A DNA stretch of 62,907 bases, the filler included, from Pseudomonadota bacterium (GTDB lineage: Bacteria; Bdellovibrionota_F; JAHFAK01; JBDREC01): NCBI GenBank assembly GCA_043820105.1. It is 6 parts of 6 records of this genome, joined end to end, with 100 filler letters (N's around TTAATTAATTAA, not from the genome) between each part and the next. Parts side by side here need not be neighbours in the genome. Positions count along the whole stretch, not along the records: positions 1 to 12,878 come from JBDREC010000002.1; positions 12,979 to 16,179 come from JBDREC010000003.1; positions 16,280 to 21,960 come from JBDREC010000004.1; 3 more parts are not named here. One strand, written 5' to 3'. The stretch's first letter is position 1. Every line of letters begins with the position of its first letter. The notes below the pieces were generated by a model. That model saw only the letters and a list, made by a program, of their open reading frames with translations. It ran no database searches and was not told where the DNA came from. A program made the translations under genes and the position numbers. Shown here piece by piece: positions 9,909-18,400 of the stretch.

Positions 9909-9950
9909 CACCGGGTCAGGCCTCACCGGGTCAGGCCTTGACAATCTACA
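9909..9950 (+). repeat. Tandem-duplicated CACCGGGTCAGGCCT plus TGACAATCTACA motif
   Basis: Perfect 15-bp tandem duplication (9909-9923, 9924-9938); 9928-10027 matches 153-250. Confidence 0.85.
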
Positions 9951-9970
9951 AAAAATACAATTCTTATAAC

Positions 9971-10237
9971 TCAATAATAAGTTAAGTCCCTCTCTACCAT
10001 CAATCCTCCCGGCCCTCTCAATGCCTCAAGTTCATCCAGACTAAAATACCCCCATTCTTTTTCATGGCCATGGACTAGGCCATAAAAGATTCTGGTTTCT
10101 GGATCATACTCTATTGCATACCAAATCCAGTTAGCCCAGGTAGTGAAGAATTTGCAGATGATTGAGGGATTGGGATTGTTTTCTTGTGAGCCGGTTTCTT
10201 TGAATTTTTGGATTAGTTCTTTTGTTAGTAGTTTCAT
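9971..10237 (-). CDS. DUF2958-like protein, copy C
   Basis: Near-identical to copies A and B; AAGGAG RBS. Confidence 0.85.
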   Translation of the reverse strand: MKLLTKELIQKFKETGSQENNPNPSIICKFFTTWANWIWYAIEYDPETRIFYGLVHGHEKEWGYFSLDELEALRGPGGLMVERDLTYY

Positions 10238-10264
10238 TATGTACTCCTTTTTTGTTTGTTAATA

Positions 10265-10289
10265 AAGGGTGAAGGGAGGGATTTCCTTC
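10265..10289. promoter_or_regulatory. Conserved DUF2958 leader hairpin C
   Basis: GAAGGGA-GGGAT-TTCCTTC; the stem is kept with one G-T/U pair when read on the + strand. Confidence 0.65.
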
Positions 10290-10427
10290 TTATTTTAAAA
10301 AATGATCTGGAATTATTTGTTTCAAGATATCATTTCTATTATACAGTCTATATTTGTTCTTGAATAATAATTTATTAAAAACTAGGTTAATAATTAATTG
10401 TACCTTTTTCAAAAGGAGCTAAATTCT

Positions 10428-10769
10428 ATGAAAAATCTAATTATATTTGCTATAGCAGTATTATTAACATCCTGTTTTGCACACAAATATCAGCCAAAGC
10501 CAATTGAATACTCTGAAAATACTGAAGGTTACTATCAGGCTGAATCTTATAAGCTTGAATTTGTTACAAATGGCAAAATACTTGATTATGTTGTATATAT
10601 TGAAAAGGATAATGAAGTTGATCTGATTATTAATCTTGATTCATATGTTGGTGGAGCTGTTAATATTTCTAAGGAAATAAAAGTTAATAAGGATGATGTT
10701 GCTAAGGGGGATCCTTGTAAGGGAAGTTTAGAGTTTGAAGTAATGCCTGAGAAGATATTGTTTAGATGA
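10428..10769 (+). CDS. Hypothetical lipoprotein
   Basis: ATG at 10428 after AAGGAG; lipobox LTSC. Confidence 0.7.
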   Translation: MKNLIIFAIAVLLTSCFAHKYQPKPIEYSENTEGYYQAESYKLEFVTNGKILDYVVYIEKDNEVDLIINLDSYVGGAVNISKEIKVNKDDVAKGDPCKGSLEFEVMPEKILFR

Positions 10770-10840
10770 ACTTAATACAGGGATTTTAATATCAAGTCAA
10801 AGAAGAATAAAGGAATTTTTATTATATATAGATAATAAGC

Positions 10841-10876
10841 TTGCAATGTCACAAATAGTATACTAAAATTGTGACA
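10841..10876 (+). promoter_or_regulatory. Sigma70-like promoter with overlapping palindromic operator
   Basis: TTGCAA(10841)-17 bp-TAAAAT(10864) overlapped by TGTCACAA-N14-TTGTGACA (10847-10876), directly upstream of the antitoxin. Confidence 0.65.
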
Positions 10877-10895
10877 ATATAACAAGGATGTTAGT

Positions 10896-11507
10896 ATGCA
10901 AGGTGCTGTAAATAAAATTATAAATAGAATATATGGTAATGGCAGGGGTTGGTGTTTTACTCCAGGGAATTTTAGTGATTTGGGTACTAGTGAAGTTGTT
11001 AGAAAAGCTTTATCTCGTTTAGAGAAACAAGGTTTAATTCGTAGGCTTGCGCATGGAATTTATGATTATCCTCAAAGGCATATAAAACTAGGTGTTTTGC
11101 CACCTGATATTCAAAAAGTTGCTAAAGCTATATCTGATAAATATAAAATACAAATTCAAGTTAGTGGCGCATATGCTGCTAATCTAATTGGAATTTCAAA
11201 ACATGTGCCAGGTAAAATTGTTTATCTTACAGATGGTAGATCAATGAAATATAAAATAGGAAATTTAGAGCTGATTTTTAAAAGGACTACTCCTAAAAAT
11301 ATGAAAAAAGCTGGTAGTATATCAGGAATTGTTATAGCTGCTTTGCGCTTTATTGGTAAGGATAATGTTAATGAACGGATAATAAATATACTTAAGAATA
11401 ATTTATCAGATGAAGATAAGAAAAGGTTGAAACTTGATGCTAGTTTGGCTCCTGTTTGGATATCAAAAATAATTAATGATAAGATTTATGGTGGTCTTCA
11501 TGAATAG
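10896..11507 (+). CDS. DUF6088/AbiEi-like antitoxin (type IV TA)
   Basis: F.DLG..E.VRKALSRL...GLIRRLAHGIYDYP, SGAYAANL.G.S..VP...VYLTDG.S, APVWI. Confidence 0.88.
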   Translation: MQGAVNKIINRIYGNGRGWCFTPGNFSDLGTSEVVRKALSRLEKQGLIRRLAHGIYDYPQRHIKLGVLPPDIQKVAKAISDKYKIQIQVSGAYAANLIGISKHVPGKIVYLTDGRSMKYKIGNLELIFKRTTPKNMKKAGSISGIVIAALRFIGKDNVNERIINILKNNLSDEDKKRLKLDASLAPVWISKIINDKIYGGLHE

Positions 11508-12531
11508 TTTTTTGAGTTATCCTGATAAAGAAAAGAGAACTTATTATAATCAAGTGTCGGCACTAAAAGGTTTTCCTGCTGTCATTATTGAAAAGGATTT
11601 TTGGGTTTGTTGGGTTCTTAATCAACTTTTTAGAATTGAAGGTTTAAATAATCATCTGCTTTTTAAGGGGGGTACATCTTTATCCAAGGTTTATAATATA
11701 ATCAAAAGATTTTCAGAGGATATTGATTTGACCCTGGATAAAGCCTATTTAGGTTTTGTTGGGGACAATGACCCCGTTAACATGGTGAGTAATAAAAAAG
11801 TTAACAAAAAGATAGAGGAGTTAGGGCTTGCTTGTAAAGATTTTGTAGAAAGCAAATTAATAATAATGCTCGATAATATATTCAAAAAGTCTATAGAAAG
11901 TCATAATTCATGGAAATTGGAAATAGACTCTACTGATCCTGACGGGCAAACAATTGTTTTTCATTATCCTAGTGTATTTGGAAAGCCTTTAAGTTATGTA
12001 AGACAGAGTATAAAGATTGAAGTTGGGGCTAGGGGAGATATTTGGCCATGCTCTATGCATATAATATCAACTTATTTAAAAGAAATGATTCCAGAGGGTT
12101 TTATAGATGATTCAGTTAAAATTAAAGTTTTAAATGTTGAAAGGACTTTTTGGGAAAAAGCCACTATACTGCATATGTTTGGAAATTATCCAAAAAGCAA
12201 AGGTTTTCCAAGCAGGCAATCAAGGCACTATTATGATTTTTATTGTTTATTAAAATCAGAGGCAAAAGCCAAAGCTTTTGAAAATATGGACTTGTTAAAA
12301 AGTGTTGCGAAGCATAAGTCTATTTATTATAGAGCAGCTTGGGCAAAATATCAAGATGCCAGCAATGGGAATTTAAAATTAATACCTGATGATATTATTT
12401 TGCAGGCAGTTGAGCATGATTATCAAAAAATGCAAGAAATGTTTTTTGAAGAACCTCCATCTTTTAATAGTATTTTAGAAAAATTAAGGGAAGCAGAAGA
12501 AGATCTTAACAGACAATCTTTATTCAAATGA
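11500..12531 (+). CDS. AbiEii/AbiGii-family nucleotidyltransferase toxin
   Basis: IEKDFWV, FKGGTSLSK...I.RFSEDIDL, ERTFWEK, SRHYYD; overlaps the antitoxin. Confidence 0.92.
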   Translation: MNSFLSYPDKEKRTYYNQVSALKGFPAVIIEKDFWVCWVLNQLFRIEGLNNHLLFKGGTSLSKVYNIIKRFSEDIDLTLDKAYLGFVGDNDPVNMVSNKKVNKKIEELGLACKDFVESKLIIMLDNIFKKSIESHNSWKLEIDSTDPDGQTIVFHYPSVFGKPLSYVRQSIKIEVGARGDIWPCSMHIISTYLKEMIPEGFIDDSVKIKVLNVERTFWEKATILHMFGNYPKSKGFPSRQSRHYYDFYCLLKSEAKAKAFENMDLLKSVAKHKSIYYRAAWAKYQDASNGNLKLIPDDIILQAVEHDYQKMQEMFFEEPPSFNSILEKLREAEEDLNRQSLFK

Positions 12532-12561
12532 TGTACTTTCAATATTTCAAAGTATCTGAGA

Positions 12562-12864
12562 TTATATCCTTAACATTTCACTCACCAATTTCATAGCCTT
12601 TGCCTCAGACAAGTTTTTCAATGGTCTTCCTTTACGATATTTGCAAAAGATTGATTTAACCTTTCTTCGTTTTCCACTGGCGATACTTCTCACATAAAGA
12701 TAAGCCAGGTGATTCATCAAAAATTCATTGTTGCCTGCTTTTTTGAAATGCAGCTTTAAATCAATGAATTTTCTTAGAAGTTTTCTTATAAAACATCTTA
12801 TATCAAGAAAGAATAGCTTAAAGCCTTCAATTTCATTTTTTATAAATTCTTTGATCATTAGCAT
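12562..12864 (-). CDS. Small basic hypothetical protein (paralogue at 4286-4465)
   Basis: 100 aa, GGAGG RBS; protein-level conservation with a diverged second copy supports coding status. Confidence 0.75.
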   Translation of the reverse strand: MLMIKEFIKNEIEGFKLFFLDIRCFIRKLLRKFIDLKLHFKKAGNNEFLMNHLAYLYVRSIASGKRRKVKSIFCKYRKGRPLKNLSEAKAMKLVSEMLRI

Positions 12865-12878
12865 ACCTCCTCACAGGC

Positions 12879-12978
12879 NNNNNNNNNNNNNNNNNNNNNN
12901 NNNNNNNNNNNNNNNNNNNNNNTTAATTAATTAANNNNNNNNNNNNNNNNNNNNNNNNNNNNNNNNNNNNNNNNNNNN
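12879..12978. other. Artificial contig linker
   Basis: N44-TTAATTAATTAA-N44, stops in all six frames. Confidence 0.98.
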
Positions 12979-14180
12979 TCACGCATCTTAAAATTCTTTA
13001 TCCATTTTTGTAATCTTGATCTGGCTTCTTCTTTTAAGAATAAAGTTACCTCAAAAAATTCACTTAAATCAAATATGCCAAAATATTCACCAGAATATAC
13101 AACAACATTATTTGTTCCCAATAACTCTTCCTGTCTTAAGGAAGATATTGTTTTATTTGCTAATTCGTTTAAATGTTTTTTATTTAGATAAAGTTGAACA
13201 AGGCTATACGTTAATAAAGTAAACATTACATGAGCTTCTACTAAAGATTCATTAGGAGAACTAAATTTATTTATGTTCCAATATGATTTTAATTGGCGAT
13301 GTCTTTCTTCTATTTGAGTTCTTAACTTGTAAAGCTCGAATGCTTCATTTTCATTCTTTGGTTTAAAAGTTGTGGCCAAACCCCAGTATTTTACTGATCC
13401 ATCGGATCCCGTTATGCGCATCAAAGATACATGTAAGGGTACTTCACATTTATCCCATAGCTTAACATCTTCTATAACAATAATATCTTCTGTATAACTT
13501 GTTCCATGGTTTTCATATTCTTTATATTTTTTCCATTTCTTTTTTTCTAAAGTTTCAGCTATCAGTTTTGAATCTTTTAGTATATCCATATTTGACCTTA
13601 ATGGTATTAACACATCTGACTTTAAATCTTTCTTTACTTCTGTTATAAATTCCCCTGAAATGTATCCTCTATCAATAATCAATAGTTTCATTACTTCCTT
13701 GCCTACAGCTTCAGTGAAATCATTAACAATTTTCTTTCCCTGAGGAAGCTCATCCTCGTTACCTGGACCAAATTGATATCCTGCTATTATAAATGATTGT
13801 TCTTCCTTTCCAATATGCAAAAGCTCACTTAAGGAGTAGCATGAATGATATTTGACTCCTTTTTTTTGCTCTTCTGACATGTTACTCATATCGATCAATT
13901 GCCCGTGTTCATCTACAGGCATCCTGACAGCATTCTTATAATTATCATTCTCCGGAACCACTAAATGACTTTGATCCAATAAAAATATTCCATGTTTATC
14001 AAAACCTCGATTGTGCTTTATAAAATTTTGAACATCCTTATTGTGCCAAGCCTTCATCTTTTCTGGATCTGTATCTTTGTAAAATTTCCTTGCTGTATCT
14101 TGATCAACAGCTGATTTTCTTTCATTTTTATTCTTATTGTTAAATCCGCCTAGCGCTCCTCCAACATTGAATTTAACTCA
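12979..14180 (-). mobile_element. DDE transposase (IS4-like superfamily), partial
   Basis: LLDQS, LIIDRGY and Y.LR.QIEE.HRQLK motifs. The frame extends upstream of 14057 (GGFNNKNK...DQDTARKFYKDT) to about 14180; the 3' end is cut by the linker. Confidence 0.8.
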
Positions 14181-15405
14181 AGACAAAACAGCACGCCTTT
14201 CAGATCCTGTAGCTGGAACAGTTTTTGGGCTTTTTATGGCTTCAAGAGCATTTTTCATGCTATTTGTGGGTTTTATTGCAGACAGTTTAGGAATAAAAAA
14301 AGCTTTTTTGTATGGGTTTATAATAGCATTACTTGGTTGAGCAGTGATTGCTTTTACAACAAATCCATGGATAATTTTCCCCAATTTAATCCTCTTATCT
14401 ATTGGTTTCTCTTATATTTTGCCCCTCATTGCTGCATCAGTAAAACTATTTTCAACTAAAAAAATCCAAAAATTTGCTTTTTCATGGTACTATGTTTTTA
14501 TGAATATAGGGGCTTTAATTGCTGGATTTACTGTAAATCATATTAAAATTCATATAAAAACAAACATTTTAATACCAATATTAGGATTTGAATTTAGTGT
14601 TCGACCTGTCCAGATTATATTTTTTATTCCACTCATTTTAGCAGGAATTATAATATTTTTAATATTCAGATACATGAATTCTGAACAATTGGAGAATAAA
14701 AACCATATTCATTCGACAGTCCCAGAAAAAGATGTTTTTACAAAAAAAGAAAAAAGTATTCCATTGAAGATTATGAAGGACATTGGATCAGATAAGTTAT
14801 TTTGGGTTTTTATGTTATTCTTATTTCTATTAGTACTAGTTGAAATGGTTTTTGAATATAGTCATTCTGTTTATCCTGTATATGTAGAAAGAATTGGTCT
14901 AGCTGAATGGATTGAAAAACTCTACATAATAAATCCTATTATTATTATATTGGTTCCGGTTATAACTGCTTTGACAGGAAGATTAAGGGGATATACTGTT
15001 ATTACAATTGGTGCTTTCGTAGTTGCTGGTTCTGTTTTCTTTCTAGGTATATCAGAATCCGTTTTAATGATTATCATCTACCAAATATTTTTATCAATTG
15101 GTGAAGCTATCTTTTATCCAAGAATATACGATTATACTGCATCTGTAGCACCAGAAGGACACCTTGTATCATATATGGCTTTATCGAAAATTCCACTTTT
15201 CTTTGGAAGGACAATGACAGGTCCTTTAACTGGAATACTTTTGTTTTCACTTTGTCCTGAAACTGGTGAAAGAAATACTATGCTAATGTGGTTTATAATT
15301 GGCTTTTCAGCATTGATTACACCAATTACTTTATTAATTTGGAGAAGAAAACTCGATGTTGAATCATTGAGAAGAGCTGAAAAGTTTAAAGGCCTTGGAA
15401 AATAA
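14180..15405 (+). pseudogene. POT/PTR2-type MFS peptide transporter, 5'-truncated with an in-frame stop
   Basis: GFIADSLG, AFSWYYVFMNIGALIAG, INPIII, SIGEA..P. ORFs 14137-14340 and 14344-15405 share a frame, separated by TGA at 14338-14340. Confidence 0.75.
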
Positions 15406-15462
15406 TTCAGTATTTCGTATCCACTATTCTGCGTTCATTATTCAGTGTGAGATGATAGGCTT

Positions 15463-15684
15463 TCAAAAAGCCCTTTTCATTGCTTTCCTTTTTCTTTTTA
15501 GTGAGTCCATGTGATTATAGTTCATTATTTTAACATTATATCTATCTTTGTATTTGCATAAAAGATTATAATAAAGCTTTTTTGCCCAATATGGCTGCAG
15601 AGCCCAATCATAGTTATGAAACTTAAGAGTTACATGAAAGTAACAGTCATTTTCTAAGATAGCAGATCTTGGGATAGAAGGCAT
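15463..15684 (-). mobile_element. Truncated RAYT-like (Y1 HUH) transposase
   Basis: MPSIPR...YFHVT...HN...Y..LL..YK..Y.VKI..Y..MDS matches the RAYT N-terminus but diverges just where the HUH motif is expected. Confidence 0.7.
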
Positions 15685-15863
15685 AGATCACCCTTTTAAA
15701 ATTAAACTTAGGAAAAAATATATACAAAATATATGCCAATTTTATAGGGTTATTTATAAGGCAAAGAAGACATTCCTTAATAAACATTTCACCTGTATAG
15801 CAAGGATCTTTTAACTGAGTAAATTTTGTTTTTTCATTAAGTTCATCTGCAACTTTTTTCAAT

Positions 15864-16166
15864 TTAAGGTGTGCCACCTGAAACACAGGAATCGTAACCT
15901 ACAGCAGCGCGATTTTGGTAAACTGTGCCTGCTGAACATGAACCATTTCCAACCCCAGACCCATCTAGGCAATTGTTATAAAAAGGAGCATTAAAATCAG
16001 TAGCCCCATTTTTGCATATTGATGAACTGGTCGGAGAACTACCGGATGAACATAGAGTCATATGTGAGGCACCACCAGTGCCATCTCCACCACCAGCTGT
16101 GGTTCCACTAAAACAAACACAATCACTATTTGCAATTGAATGCAAAAAAGGTTTTGAATATTTCAT
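15864..16166 (-). CDS. Cys/Gly/Ser-rich putative RiPP precursor
   Basis: YSKPFL leader motif; six CxxG motifs (CFSG, CSSG, CKNG, CLDG, CSAG, CVSG) in 100 aa. Confidence 0.7.
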   Translation of the reverse strand: MKYSKPFLHSIANSDCVCFSGTTAGGGDGTGGASHMTLCSSGSSPTSSSICKNGATDFNAPFYNNCLDGSGVGNGSCSAGTVYQNRAAVGYDSCVSGGTP

Positions 16167-16179
16167 ATTATTCTTTCAA

Positions 16180-16279
16180 NNNNNNNNNNNNNNNNNNNNN
16201 NNNNNNNNNNNNNNNNNNNNNNNTTAATTAATTAANNNNNNNNNNNNNNNNNNNNNNNNNNNNNNNNNNNNNNNNNNNN
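16180..16279. other. Artificial contig linker
   Basis: N44-TTAATTAATTAA-N44. Confidence 0.98.
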
Positions 16280-17234
16280 TATCTTTTTTGTTTTTTTCAA
16301 ATTCAACAATAGATTTTGCAGCGAGAATCCCAGAAATCATGGCTCTTCCTGTGCCATTTCCAGAAAAGGGATAACTTGAGCCCAAGGTTTCACCAGCAAG
16401 AATTAGGTTTGGAAAATATCGCAGGTGTTTCAAGTTGGATAAATTAGTTCTCAAAAATGCAGCCCTTGGAGCTTCCAGCCAGCTTCCCTTTGTGTTAAAG
16501 CTTAAGTCTGTTTGTAATATCATGTTTGACAAGCATTCTTTTAAATTTAAATTTCTGGTTTTAAGTAACTTTCCACCACAACCAACATTAAAAACATTAT
16601 TGCCAAGGGGGAATATCCATGAATATCCTGGGTTTAATTCTTTATCAAAATAGTATCTGTTTTCTGAAATAGTCCAATTTGCTTTATAATATCCTCTAAA
16701 GGCAATCTGATCTGGGTCTTTAATTTTAGTGTGTTTTTTGATGCTAGAAAAAACAGCAGGATCCTGGCAACCTGTTGCTAAAATAACATATCTGGAAAAA
16801 AGATAAAATGGTTGGTTATTGTTTTTTGATATAAATTCTATTTTGTGTTTAATATTGTCATATTCAATATTTCCTGTAAATATAGCGTTTATAAATTCAA
16901 CACTTTGACTAGCTTTTTCAAAAAGAATGCTATCAAATACTTTTCTTTTTATTATTACAGCATTTGTATCAAAAATACATGCATCTTCTTTGTTTGCATA
17001 TCTATAGAGTTTGTTTACTGCAAAGGCCTTTTGTCTAACTTCTTTTTCTAGTTTGTATTCTTTTAATATTTTCAAAGTATGATTTGTGATTGCATCTCCA
17101 CAAATCTTATCCTTTGGAAAGCTGTTTTTGTCTATAAGGAGATGAGGATAGTCATTTTTGCTTAATTCTAAAGAAGCAGCAAGTCCAGCTGGACCTGCTC
17201 CAATTATAATTGTGTCATGGATTTTGTTTTCCAT
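16280..17234 (-). CDS. Geranylgeranyl reductase-family FAD oxidoreductase (3' partial)
   Basis: IIGAGPAG, FPKDKICGDA, R..FD..L, PGYSWIFP, AGE...YPFSGNG...AM.SG..AA. Confidence 0.85.
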
Positions 17235-18215
17235 TTATACAAACCAAATTAGGGATGAAAAAAATAACTCTATAGCAATGAATATCAGGACAATCTGCTT
17301 TTCTGTAAAATGGCCAGTTCTGGTGAAAATATGTATTAATGAGTAAATATTCTGATAATGTAATGATCTGACTTTTCCATTATCATAATATCCATATGAT
17401 TGGGCTTTGAACTTGCTTCTTGCCTTTAACACAAATTCAATTGCAAAGGGGATTAAAATAATCATCACGACTGTTTTTAGGTTACCCAAGACAGCAATAG
17501 AGGCTAAAGAAGCTCCCAACAGATAGGTTAAAGAATTTCCAGGTAAAATTTTAGCTGGAAACTTATTGTAGAAATAAAAAACAACTAGGGCTGAAAAAGT
17601 TATTAGGGAAATGAAAAATCCAATTTCAATATTATTAACGTATGTATAAATTGCAAGCATTCCCATGTAGACAATTCCCATTCCTGCTTCTAAGCCGTTT
17701 AATCCAGCTAATAAATTAACAGCATTAGCAGGGAAACCAATAAAAAAGGGTAAAATACAAAGAGGATATAAAATTCCAATATCAAGACTGCCCAAAAAGG
17801 GAATGAAAATAAAGGTATCATCATGCTTTAAAGCCATAAGAGGGACTGCTGTAACTAAGGTAAGAAGAGGTTTTTGAATGTTGCTAAGGCCACAGCTTGA
17901 GTTTTTTGACTTTAAGATAAAGACATCATCAATAAAGCCAATTAGGGTTATTAAGAATATTGTTAATAAGTAGGTAAAGAAAAATAAAAGTTTATTTTCT
18001 TTTCCTAGAAAAAACACATTGAAATAAACAAAAGTAATTGTTGTAAAGGAAATAGAAAATAAAACAGCAAGACCTCCAGAAGAAGGGAGAAGAGGCTTAT
18101 TTTCTTTGTTCAAATCTTTAACTGTAAGATCAGCTTTTTTTAAAAAGGATAAAAAAAATGGCATTATTAAAAGAGTAATTGTAAAGCAAAATATGGCTGT
18201 AAGAAATATAATCAT
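17235..18215 (-). CDS. Polyprenyl-phosphate GlcNAc-1-P transferase, archaeal AglH/GPT-like (MraY superfamily)
   Basis: DLNK..KP.LP.SGG, IGFIDD, NAVNLLAGLNGLEAG, NKFPAKILPGNS, IEFVLKAR; multiple TM helices. Confidence 0.85.
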   Translation of the reverse strand: MIIFLTAIFCFTITLLIMPFFLSFLKKADLTVKDLNKENKPLLPSSGGLAVLFSISFTTITFVYFNVFFLGKENKLLFFFTYLLTIFLITLIGFIDDVFILKSKNSSCGLSNIQKPLLTLVTAVPLMALKHDDTFIFIPFLGSLDIGILYPLCILPFFIGFPANAVNLLAGLNGLEAGMGIVYMGMLAIYTYVNNIEIGFFISLITFSALVVFYFYNKFPAKILPGNSLTYLLGASLASIAVLGNLKTVVMIILIPFAIEFVLKARSKFKAQSYGYYDNGKVRSLHYQNIYSLIHIFTRTGHFTEKQIVLIFIAIELFFSSLIWFV

Positions 18216-18400
18216 TATATTAAGTTAATTTGCTAATTTCTGGTTAAATAAAAAATAATAATACTTGCCTGTGAATTTTAAGTCAAATTCTTAGTATGCA
18301 GAGAAAAATAAATAGATGACTTAAGCTTCATTTTATATGATACGTTTTGTGTTTAAAAAGCATAAAATTAATTTTAACTAAAATAAGTTTAATATTACTA

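Noticed and set aside
153-12864. Classical integron
   Set aside because: No IntI-like tyrosine recombinase and no convincing attC (RYYYAAC...GTTRRRY) sites seen between cargo genes.
346-14340. TGA recoding suggested by in-frame TGAs at 346 and 14338
   Set aside because: Many intact genes here end in TGA and Trp is encoded by TGG; both cases lie in otherwise damaged genes.
15647-15886. 79-aa ORF between the peptide and the RAYT-like fragment
   Set aside because: Overlaps both neighbours, has no RBS or motif; likely spurious.
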